The notes under the pieces: generated by a model | The model's input: the letters and a program-made list of their open reading frames with translations, nothing else | The model's database searches: none | Told to the model about the DNA's origin: nothing | Made by a program: the position numbers and the translations under genes | Shown: piece by piece, positions 28,365-35,936 of the stretch | Layout of the letters: each line of letters starts with the position of its first letter | How positions within the stretch are numbered: the first letter of the stretch is position 1 | Assembly (NCBI GenBank): GCA_035529375.1 | Contig: DATKWU010000017.1 | Location: 2,579-66,578 of the forward strand | Direction: 5' to 3' | Length of the DNA stretch: 64,000 nt | From: Patescibacteria group bacterium | GTDB taxonomy: Bacteria; Patescibacteriota; Microgenomatia; PFEM01; JAHIFH01

Positions 28365-28380
28365 GGCCTGGTGAGCCCAA
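28365..28380 (+). repeat. 16-bp direct repeat ggcctggtgagcccaa (right copy)
   Basis: Identical to 26215-26230. Confidence 0.6.
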
Positions 28381-28478
28381 CGTCCCGTGGGTGGAACACC
28401 TCTTCTCCAGTATTTTCAACACCTACGAGAAACTAAAAGAATTGGGCTTTACTTATTATAACGGAAAAGTCTCCGTAA

Positions 28479-28955
28479 TTGAAGTCGGTAATGAGGAGGA
28501 GAATGATTAAGTCTTCCTTGTACGACGAAAAAACCTTTTATCAAAAATTCATTGAAGATCTTTCCACCTGTCAAAAAGAGGTCATCATTGAGAGCCCCTT
28601 CATTTCAACGGAGAGAGCGAAAAGACTCTACCCGACTTTTGAAAAGTTAGTAAAACAAGGAGTCAGGGTTTACGTTTTGACCAGAGACCCGAGAGAACAT
28701 AGCCAGAGTTTCGAAGTCCAATCCGAGTTTGAAATTCGCAGATTTGAGGTTTTGGGGGTTCAGGTTTTCATCTGTACCGGCAACCATCACCGCAAGTTGG
28801 CTATTTTGGACCGGAAAATACTTTGGGAAGGAAGCTTGAACATTTTATCTCAAATTAAAAGCCGGGAAATAATGAGACGAATAGAGGGTAAAAAGTCAGC
28901 GTTAGAGATGTTTCGCTTCTTGAAATTAGGCAGGTTTATCAAAGAAGGGGTATAA
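28479..28955 (+). CDS. Phospholipase D / Nuc-family (HKD motif) nuclease
   Basis: GNHHRKLAILDRKILWEGSLNI is an HxK(x)4D(x)6GSxN motif. Confidence 0.7.
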   Translation: MKSVMRRRMIKSSLYDEKTFYQKFIEDLSTCQKEVIIESPFISTERAKRLYPTFEKLVKQGVRVYVLTRDPREHSQSFEVQSEFEIRRFEVLGVQVFICTGNHHRKLAILDRKILWEGSLNILSQIKSREIMRRIEGKKSALEMFRFLKLGRFIKEGV

Positions 28956-28956
28956 T

Positions 28957-29172
28957 ATGGAGGCAATGGCTAAAAAGAAAAGTCAGTTCGAAAAAGATAT
29001 CGAGAGCGTAATTAGGTTTTTAAAACAAACCGACCCCGAAAAGGCTACCCGGGCCAATGCCATCGAAATGCTGGGAAGCATGCAGACTTTGGCCCACCTG
29101 ATTGCCCATAAGGTAGTTGATAAGGAAAGGGGCGAAAAGCTTCGGAAAGAAATTAAGAAAAGGAAAAAGTAA
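28957..29172 (+). CDS. Small hypothetical protein (71 aa, helical)
   Basis: Tightly coupled ORF after the HKD nuclease. Confidence 0.3.
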   Translation: MEAMAKKKSQFEKDIESVIRFLKQTDPEKATRANAIEMLGSMQTLAHLIAHKVVDKERGEKLRKEIKKRKK

Positions 29173-29175
29173 TTC

Positions 29176-29388
29176 TTAATAAGGCAGGATTTTTGAAGAT
29201 TTTACTTTCAGAGCTTTAGTTACTCCAAAAAGTTTCTCTTGGGAAGGGTTGGCTTCGCCGCGCTCAATTCGGGCATAGTAATTGGGATGAATACCGGCTT
29301 TGTCGGCTACCTCCACCTGAGTCATTCCCGCTTTTAGCCTAGCCTCTTTAAGATTTTTTCCTAATTGTTTACGGATGATTTTAGTCAT
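29176..29388 (-). CDS. XRE-family helix-turn-helix transcriptional regulator
   Basis: LKEARLKAGMTQVEVADKAGIHPNYYARIERGEANPS is a Cro/C1-type HTH. Confidence 0.75.
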   Translation of the reverse strand: MTKIIRKQLGKNLKEARLKAGMTQVEVADKAGIHPNYYARIERGEANPSQEKLFGVTKALKVKSSKILPY

Positions 29389-29467
29389 TCCTGTCCATAT
29401 ATTAACAATATCCTATTGGGTTGTACAAGGTTTTTCTGGGTGACCAGTAAGGGAAAATAATTTTTGG

Positions 29468-29740
29468 CTAATCTATTCCCGCTCGTTGCTTTGCCTCTTC
29501 ATGGGACATTCCTTTGTCTCGCCAAAAATCGTACAACTGATCCAATAGCTCCGCTTCTCCTCGCTCGTATGCCTCAAGGCTTTCACCAGACAACTCCATT
29601 GACCCTGGAGGGCCGCCAGCTTCACCGGCAAATTTAACTATTCCTTCGTCGTCGATACCAATGCCACGCAAGGGAATTCGACGGACTCTTTGAGGCCGAG
29701 GGCCATGCCCTAGAGCTTGCTCAAAGTCTGGATTACTCAT
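29468..29740 (-). CDS. Hypothetical protein (90 aa, high GC)
   Basis: ORF between the M23 peptidase and XRE genes. Confidence 0.3.
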   Translation of the reverse strand: MSNPDFEQALGHGPRPQRVRRIPLRGIGIDDEGIVKFAGEAGGPPGSMELSGESLEAYERGEAELLDQLYDFWRDKGMSHEEAKQRAGID

Positions 29741-29843
29741 AAAATCTCACCCCCAATCAAAACTGTAACTCTTAATTGTTTTAGAGAATGTTTACGCGAT
29801 TATTTTATCTTAACGTTAGTAAATAAGCAAAAGTCAATGTTCA

Positions 29844-30455
29844 TTAACTTCCTCCCAAAAACACCCTCGGATTGACTGGTATGCCAAAGACGTTGATTTG
29901 AAAGTGCAAATGCGGTCCGGTTGCCCAACCGGTGCTGTCCTCGGTGCCGATGACATCGCCTGGTTTGACTTCCTGGCCCACTTCGACCCAGATGGTCTCC
30001 AAATGGGCGTAGATGGAAGCGAGATTATCGCCGTGATCGATGATGATGTGCTTGCCAAAACCCCAAGAGATTTGACCCGCGTAAACAACGGTTCCGGGCA
30101 TGAACGGGGTGATGAGGTCGCCTTTTTTGCCTTCGGGATTGGCAATGTCAATGCCGGTATGGAAAAGCTGCCAGCGGCTCGATTCGCCGAACTCGAGGGT
30201 AATGATTCCCGTCACCGGCCAGACGAAGGGGCCTTTGATGGTTTTGTAGACGCTGCCGTCAAACGGGTTTAAGATTTGAACCTCATTGGTGACTTCATTA
30301 ATCGCCACCAATCGTTCGGAAACAAAATCCAAACCCGTCCGGGTGAGAATGATCACCCCGATAAGGGGCATCAAGATGACCAGAAGAAAAGCCAGGAGGA
30401 CATAGAAGAACTCCTTTTTAAAAGAAAAAAAGGTCATTATTAAAAAGGGATTCAT
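29844..30455 (-). CDS. M23 family (LytM-like) peptidoglycan endopeptidase with an N-terminal TM anchor
   Basis: HTGIDIA...GTVVYAG...HLHFQ are the M23 motifs. It is the last gene of the T4SS operon. Confidence 0.85.
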   Translation of the reverse strand: MNPFLIMTFFSFKKEFFYVLLAFLLVILMPLIGVIILTRTGLDFVSERLVAINEVTNEVQILNPFDGSVYKTIKGPFVWPVTGIITLEFGESSRWQLFHTGIDIANPEGKKGDLITPFMPGTVVYAGQISWGFGKHIIIDHGDNLASIYAHLETIWVEVGQEVKPGDVIGTEDSTGWATGPHLHFQINVFGIPVNPRVFLGGS

Positions 30456-32212
30456 CGCAGGGAGTATCTTTCGGCCGGATCGGTCGTAATCAGGGGATGT
30501 TCTTTTTCCGAGGCAACCACTTTCAGGGCCACATGGTTTTGGTCGGCAATGACAATCGCCTCGCCCTTATCGCAGGTGAGCAGGAATTTCTGCTCGTATT
30601 CGCTTAGCTTGAACTCTTCGACCACTTTTTTAATGGTGGTCGTGTCCTGGCGCATTAGAATCCGCAGCGAGGCCTGGGAGGCAATCGCCTGACCGTATTC
30701 GTTGCCCAGGAAGTCGTTGGCCGCCTGGGAGATGATGTTGACACCCAGGTAGTATTTGCGCGCCCTTCTGGTCAAGCCGGCAATAAAGCGGGCGCTTTCC
30801 TCATGCTCCAAAAGAATCCAGGCCTCATCAATCACCAAGAGCCGTTTCTGGGGATTGGATTTGACCTGGTTGTAGACATAATTGGAAATGATCAGAATCA
30901 TGATTTGGCGCAGGGATTCGGGCAGGTCTTTGATATCAAAGACGATCAAGCGGTTGTCGAGCTTGATATTGGTTTGCTGGTTGAAGACATGAGCCAGCGA
31001 TCCCTTGACGTATTTCTCCAGCCGGACGCAGAGTTTTCTCTGCCGGTCTTTTTTCAAGGTTTGGTATAGGTCTTTCATCAACGGGTATCTTTGACCTTTT
31101 TTCCGGCCGTGGATTGCCCAGCCAAGGTTTTTGTAAGTTTTGACAATCGCTTTGTCAACAATCGCTTTTTCTTCCGAAGTCAAGCCTTCCACCATTAAGG
31201 AAACGATTTCCGTCAAATCCTGGATGTGCTCGACCAGGTTGTTGCCCTGGCCAAAGGAGCTGACTGAGAAGTCGAAAGGGTTGATTTTTTCCTTGGATTT
31301 GGCCGAGAGTTTGATGTAGGTGCCCTCTAAAGAGCGGGCAAGCTGCTGGTATTCCCGCTCCGGGTCAATGACGATCACTTTCGTCTTTTGAATCAGCTGG
31401 CGCAGGATTTCCACTTTGGCCGCGTAGCTTTTGCCGCAGCCGGATTGGGCAAAGACGATACTGTTGGCGTTATTGAGGCTGAAGCGGTCAATCATCACCA
31501 AGGAATTGTTGGAAAGATTGACCCCATACAAAATGCCGGTTTCCTGGACCAGTTCGGAGGAAGTAAAAGGAAAGGTTAAGGCCGTTGAGGAGCTGTCCAA
31601 ATTCCTTTTTTGGTCAAGGAGATTTTCCGCCCGGGGCAGGATGGATTGGAGGCCTTCAAGCTGCTGGAAAACCGCTGTTTTGGTGTAGAACAATCTCGTC
31701 GCCAGAACCGTCTCCGCCAGGGTGGTCAGCTTTTCCAATTCAACCAAAGAGTCGGCCGTCAGGTGGATATAGATGGAGACTTGGAAGAGCTTTTCCTGGC
31801 CCCGCAGGATTCTGTTTTTTAAATCAACCGCCGATTTTAAGGGGTCAAGCACTTCCGGGCCGATGATTTTTCCCTGCTGTTGGAGGACCCTTCGGGTTGA
31901 CTCCAATTCGGTAATCTTTCGATTAAGCTTGGGCAGGGAGATTTTCGAATCGATCTGTTCCAGGTGGTAAGCAATGTCGATGTCGTGGTTGAAATTAACC
32001 AGATTGTTCAGCCAGCCGGTAGTCGCCACGTAAGGATAACCGGAGACGAAGAGGGTCCGCAGGTATTTGCCGCCCAGATTGAGATAGTTTTGGTATTCCT
32101 TGAGGCCGTCATACGAGATTAAATCCACCTGGTCCTGTTCGCCGAACGAGAGCTCGATCGTTTTGAGACCTCGCTTTTTGTTTTTCTTAAAGTTTGGGAG
32201 TTTGAATAACAT
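30452..32212 (-). CDS. VirB4/TrbE/CagE-family conjugal transfer ATPase (ATPase portion)
   Basis: Walker A FAQSGCGKSYAAK and Walker B LLVIDEAW. The N-terminal YLRTLFVSGYPYVATTGWLNNL is typical of Gram-positive VirB4-like proteins. Confidence 0.8.
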   Translation of the reverse strand: MLFKLPNFKKNKKRGLKTIELSFGEQDQVDLISYDGLKEYQNYLNLGGKYLRTLFVSGYPYVATTGWLNNLVNFNHDIDIAYHLEQIDSKISLPKLNRKITELESTRRVLQQQGKIIGPEVLDPLKSAVDLKNRILRGQEKLFQVSIYIHLTADSLVELEKLTTLAETVLATRLFYTKTAVFQQLEGLQSILPRAENLLDQKRNLDSSSTALTFPFTSSELVQETGILYGVNLSNNSLVMIDRFSLNNANSIVFAQSGCGKSYAAKVEILRQLIQKTKVIVIDPEREYQQLARSLEGTYIKLSAKSKEKINPFDFSVSSFGQGNNLVEHIQDLTEIVSLMVEGLTSEEKAIVDKAIVKTYKNLGWAIHGRKKGQRYPLMKDLYQTLKKDRQRKLCVRLEKYVKGSLAHVFNQQTNIKLDNRLIVFDIKDLPESLRQIMILIISNYVYNQVKSNPQKRLLVIDEAWILLEHEESARFIAGLTRRARKYYLGVNIISQAANDFLGNEYGQAIASQASLRILMRQDTTTIKKVVEEFKLSEYEQKFLLTCDKGEAIVIADQNHVALKVVASEKEHPLITTDPAERYSLR

Positions 32213-32747
32213 CTTTGTTTTTAGATAAAAGCTGATAGGTTTTTTCTTTGATGGGCTGGGTTTTACAGACCCCGGGATTGTAAAAACTGTAAAAAAGCTC
32301 GAGAATTTCCAGGGTGTTGAGGCTTCTGGTTTTCATCCCCAGCCGCTCCAAGCCTTTGCTGATAATGTCCAGGCTGAGATTGATTTGTTCTTTAACCAAA
32401 TTGAAGTCGTTTTTTTCCGGTTCCGGCTCGTAGGGAATCACCAGGTAGAAGCGCCGGGAAAGGATTTTACTGCCCTTGACTAATTGCTTGACAAACTGGC
32501 CATAGTGCTTGATCTGCTGGCGGTAAAGCTTGTTGGTTTCGTGATTGTTTTTGTTGTTGAAAACCTCAAGATAGTTGTCAATCTCCACTTCGCGGACCCG
32601 AATCAAAATCTGGATGGGGCAAGGCAGGGCGTTGATGAAATTTTGGAAATTGTCAATCAAGGCGTCTTGCTCGGCCTCGCTTTTGAGCTCAAAGTTAATC
32701 GCCGAGGTTTCGACCACCACCCGATATTTATTTTCCGGCAGAACCAA
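32187..32747 (-). CDS. Putative N-terminal segment of VirB4, overlapping the downstream VirB4 ORF by 26 nt
   Basis: 186 + 586 aa is about 770 aa, a normal VirB4 length. The two ORFs overlap in different frames. Confidence 0.45.
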   Translation of the reverse strand: MVLPENKYRVVVETSAINFELKSEAEQDALIDNFQNFINALPCPIQILIRVREVEIDNYLEVFNNKNNHETNKLYRQQIKHYGQFVKQLVKGSKILSRRFYLVIPYEPEPEKNDFNLVKEQINLSLDIISKGLERLGMKTRSLNTLEILELFYSFYNPGVCKTQPIKEKTYQLLSKNKDVIQTPKL

Positions 32748-32803
32748 AATCCCGTCTCGGACTTCCTTGATTTTAATCTGTCTCCGGGAAGAGACTTTAT
32801 TGT

Positions 32804-33304
32804 TTAAAAGCGGTTTAATCTGAGCCTCCTTTTTTGACCGAACTTAATTAACATTTCGGTATTCCTGGCGTTAATCAGGTTTTCCAATTGAATCAAATTC
32901 AAAACTGATAAATGATTCTTTTTTTCTTTTTTGGCTGGGATTTGTTTATTGTTGACGGCGTTTTTGACTTCATTGTCCGGCTGGGGTTCTTCCTCCCGCA
33001 GATAATCATCGTTCTTGTCGAAGACAAAGAGATGGGGTCTCAAATAGTAAGCGACCAGTAAAATCAGCCAGTTTAAGACAATTCGTTCCTTGACCCTGAT
33101 GGCCAGGGTGAGGAAGATAACCAGGGAAAGAGCGATAAGAATAATCTTGTAAGGATTAAAGTACATCCTCTCCGGCAGAACGGCAAAAACAAAGACGCTG
33201 ATAAAAAGTGGGGCCAAAAGCAGGATTAGCTGGGTCAGGCTCAGGTTGGCGGCGATTTTATCCTCAACCGTGGTCACTTGAGCCGGGATGGGGGTCGTTT
33301 TCAT
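32804..33304 (-). CDS. Small two-TM membrane protein, VirB3-like by position
   Basis: 166 aa with two adjacent hydrophobic helices, lying between the VirB6-like and VirB4 genes. Confidence 0.35.
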   Translation of the reverse strand: MKTTPIPAQVTTVEDKIAANLSLTQLILLLAPLFISVFVFAVLPERMYFNPYKIILIALSLVIFLTLAIRVKERIVLNWLILLVAYYLRPHLFVFDKNDDYLREEEPQPDNEVKNAVNNKQIPAKKEKKNHLSVLNLIQLENLINARNTEMLIKFGQKRRLRLNRF

Positions 33305-34587
33305 GCGTTGACCACCTTTCTGGGCGTTTTAACTTGGGCTTCGCCGAGGACGGTCTCTTCGGTTTGTTTGGCCTGGAGAACATTGACAATCTGGCCGCCG
33401 ACTTTTTTAAGGACCGCCCGGCCGGTGTTGTAAAAAACCAGCTGGTAAACGACGGATTGGGTTTTGATTAAGGTAAACATCAGGCCAATACCGATTAAGA
33501 CCGCCATCAGGCCCGAGCCTTCCGATTCGCCTGGCAGGGTCAAAAAAGAGGCTGCCAGTTGGATGATCACCACATGGATAAAAACGGAAAAGATGGTGGT
33601 GAGATAGCTTTTAATGGCGATTTCGGAAAAATCAGCCAGTCTGGGAATCGCCCAGAGCATAAAGATTAAAGGCGAAAGGACCGCCCCCAGGGCAATGATA
33701 ATTAGTCGACTGATGTAAAAAAGGAGCAAAACAACGGTGGTGATAATGAAAAGAACGCCGAAAACCAGGGTGATTACCAAGACGCTTTCTAGGGTCATTA
33801 CCGGTGGGTTAAAGGCGTTTTCAATCCAGGCCTGGTTCAAGCCGCCGGTGGCATTGAGAACGGCCGAGACCAGGGCGTTGTTGCAGCGCAGCACCCAGTC
33901 CACCATGAAGATGGAGACATTGGCCAAGAGGAAAGCTAGAAGAATTCGAGGGAGCAGTTTTTTCAGTTCCACCTCTTCAAAACCGAAAGTGGTGGCGCTC
34001 ATGAGCTGAAAGCCGAGCAGGATAATTACCAGGACAAAGAGCGAATCGGTGATCCCCAAAATTATCAGCCAAAAGTTAAAAATGGAATGATTGGTCGCCA
34101 CTAAAGGAGTGGTGGTTAAAAAAGAAATGACGCTGTCGGTCAAGGGCTTGGTGGCGCTCTGGATGATATTCTTCAAAAAGCCGGCAATCGCCTCGGTCAA
34201 AACCTGGGTCAGGCCGTCTTCGGGCTCGACCGTTTCCAGAGGCGCCAGTTCGATTTGACTGGTCTCGGTGCCCGGTGAAGGCGTGGTGAAGGAAGTCGTC
34301 AGGATTGAAGAAAAAGTACTGGCCGAGAGAATTAAAACCAAACCAATGAGGGCATTCCTAATGGTTATTTTAGCGTCTTCTAAGGCTTCCGGATTGCCGC
34401 TGGAGGTGAGATACAGATAAGCGCCGCGGATTAAGAAAAAAAGGACAAAAACCGAAGCCAGGATGGAAAGGTTGGCGATCAGGTCGCTGGTAAAAGACTG
34501 GATTTCAGGATACTGGTCAAGAGCCAAGGCCAAAGGAGGATTGAGAAGGAAGATTAAGGCAGTCAATAAAACTGCTAGGACAACCAT
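33301..34587 (-). CDS. Polytopic membrane protein with an N-terminal pilin-like (VirB2-like) domain fused to a VirB6/TrbL-like multi-TM region
   Basis: The N-terminal IRGAYLYLTSSGNPEALEDAKITIRNALIGLVLIL aligns with GGVGYITSTGNPENLEKSKKTIFYSAIGLAVTL of the upstream pilin. Six or more TM helices follow. Confidence 0.5.
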   Translation of the reverse strand: MVVLAVLLTALIFLLNPPLALALDQYPEIQSFTSDLIANLSILASVFVLFFLIRGAYLYLTSSGNPEALEDAKITIRNALIGLVLILSASTFSSILTTSFTTPSPGTETSQIELAPLETVEPEDGLTQVLTEAIAGFLKNIIQSATKPLTDSVISFLTTTPLVATNHSIFNFWLIILGITDSLFVLVIILLGFQLMSATTFGFEEVELKKLLPRILLAFLLANVSIFMVDWVLRCNNALVSAVLNATGGLNQAWIENAFNPPVMTLESVLVITLVFGVLFIITTVVLLLFYISRLIIIALGAVLSPLIFMLWAIPRLADFSEIAIKSYLTTIFSVFIHVVIIQLAASFLTLPGESEGSGLMAVLIGIGLMFTLIKTQSVVYQLVFYNTGRAVLKKVGGQIVNVLQAKQTEETVLGEAQVKTPRKVVNA

Positions 34588-34604
34588 TGTTTTTAACTGT
34601 TAAT

Positions 34605-34931
34605 TTATTGACCAAAGGCGCTTTGCGCCGTCTGGGTGACAATATTAACCAGAACATAAGCTCCCAAGGTAACGGCCAAGCCGATCGCCGAATAAAAAAT
34701 CGTCTTTTTTGATTTTTCCAAATTCTCAGGGTTACCGGTGCTGGTAATGTAACCGACCCCGCCCCAGACAAAGAAAAGAGCGGCCAGGATCCCGGCCAGA
34801 GTGACCAAGATTTCGATAATGTTGGTCATGAAATTTTGGACTTTGGAAACGTCGTCAGCTTGGGCCTGAACTTGGGAAGCAAAAATTAAAGCAGTTAAAA
34901 CGAAAGATTGCAGCGTCAACAAGATTCTCAT
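34605..34931 (-). CDS. T4SS pilin-like protein (VirB2/TrbC-like)
   Basis: Signal peptide, two TM helices and a conserved TSTGNPENLEKSKKT loop. RBS aaaggaggtg. The ORF in the track starts at GTG 34934. Confidence 0.5.
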   Translation of the reverse strand: MRILLTLQSFVLTALIFASQVQAQADDVSKVQNFMTNIIEILVTLAGILAALFFVWGGVGYITSTGNPENLEKSKKTIFYSAIGLAVTLGAYVLVNIVTQTAQSAFGQ

Positions 34932-35105
34932 CACTCACCTCCTTTACTAATAGGCAGGCGATAAATAAAAAAACTGCCCTCTCGGGCAGCCAAACGCTGA
35001 ACTCTAACTATTTAGCTTATAGCAAATTGTAAAGTAAAAGTCAAATTTCACTCCAATTGAGTAAAAAACTCTTTTGGGGTAAAATACGAAGTATGAGGGG
35101 CTTTT

Positions 35106-35936
35106 ATGCCAGCAAGTACTGATCTCGTTAGCCGGGCTTTTGACCTGAAAGTTCGCTATTTGGTTAAACCTCTTCCCGAATATTTGGCCGATTTAGAGTC
35201 GGTTTTAACTAAAATTAAGTCGATCTATCCGGCCACTTATCAACTACATTTTAAAAGAATCAATATTGGCGCCCAACAGACCGCTGACTACCTCAATGAG
35301 AAAATTATTCGAGAGAAAAAAGTAAAAACCGTAGATTATGTTGGCGAAATTAATAAAGGCGTTAATGATATTGACTTGGTTATCAATTTTATTAGCGGTA
35401 AGAGATTTGATGTTTCCTTAAAATTCTATAAAAAGAAAGGGCGTGTTAATTACTGGAATCCCACCCTGGATAGTTTATTAAAACATTTAACAGATAAAAA
35501 ATTTAGGGAATATTTGGACGATCGAAAATTAAAAAAGTACCTTCAGGAAATGGCTAATCTTAAGGATATTAGTTTAGCCTCAAAAAAAATTACCCCTTAT
35601 TGGGTAGCGGAAGCGGTTAATATTTTAACTGCTTTTTCCCAAAAAAACCAGAAAGTTTTTAGAAATAGATTGGCGGAAAAATTAGGCTATATCAATTTAA
35701 GCCTTACTTGTATCGTTGATGAGAACGGAGTTTTTAAAGAACTAATTGATGTGCATCCTCTACTAATTGAGAAGCTGATTAAAGGAAAGGGAAAGTTGAA
35801 AATCAAAGCTCACGGAATCGCAATAAGAATTTTCCTGGATGACCAACTCCTGACCGATTTGGCTGTTTACGCGCAATCTGCCTCTGGTGGGAGAACTGGA
35901 GGCCTGAGGATCGCCGCTTGGACGCCCCACTCCTAA
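35106..35936 (+). CDS. Hypothetical protein, a candidate restriction endonuclease partner of the convergent methyltransferase
   Basis: It is convergent with the MTase gene and overlaps its 3' end by 4 nt. It has no clear motif. Confidence 0.3.
   Translation: MPASTDLVSRAFDLKVRYLVKPLPEYLADLESVLTKIKSIYPATYQLHFKRINIGAQQTADYLNEKIIREKKVKTVDYVGEINKGVNDIDLVINFISGKRFDVSLKFYKKKGRVNYWNPTLDSLLKHLTDKKFREYLDDRKLKKYLQEMANLKDISLASKKITPYWVAEAVNILTAFSQKNQKVFRNRLAEKLGYINLSLTCIVDENGVFKELIDVHPLLIEKLIKGKGKLKIKAHGIAIRIFLDDQLLTDLAVYAQSASGGRTGGLRIAAWTPHS

Noticed and set aside
29834-30272. ORFs 29834-30151 (-) and 29898-30272 (+) overlapping the M23 peptidase gene.
   Set aside because: The M23 frame carries the HxxxD/HxH catalytic motifs. 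The alternatives are frame shadows.
31388-31970. Cluster of + strand ORFs (31388, 31431, 31585, 31610, 31773) antisense to VirB4.
   Set aside because: These are GC-rich antisense shadow ORFs. VirB4 has Walker motifs in the minus frame.
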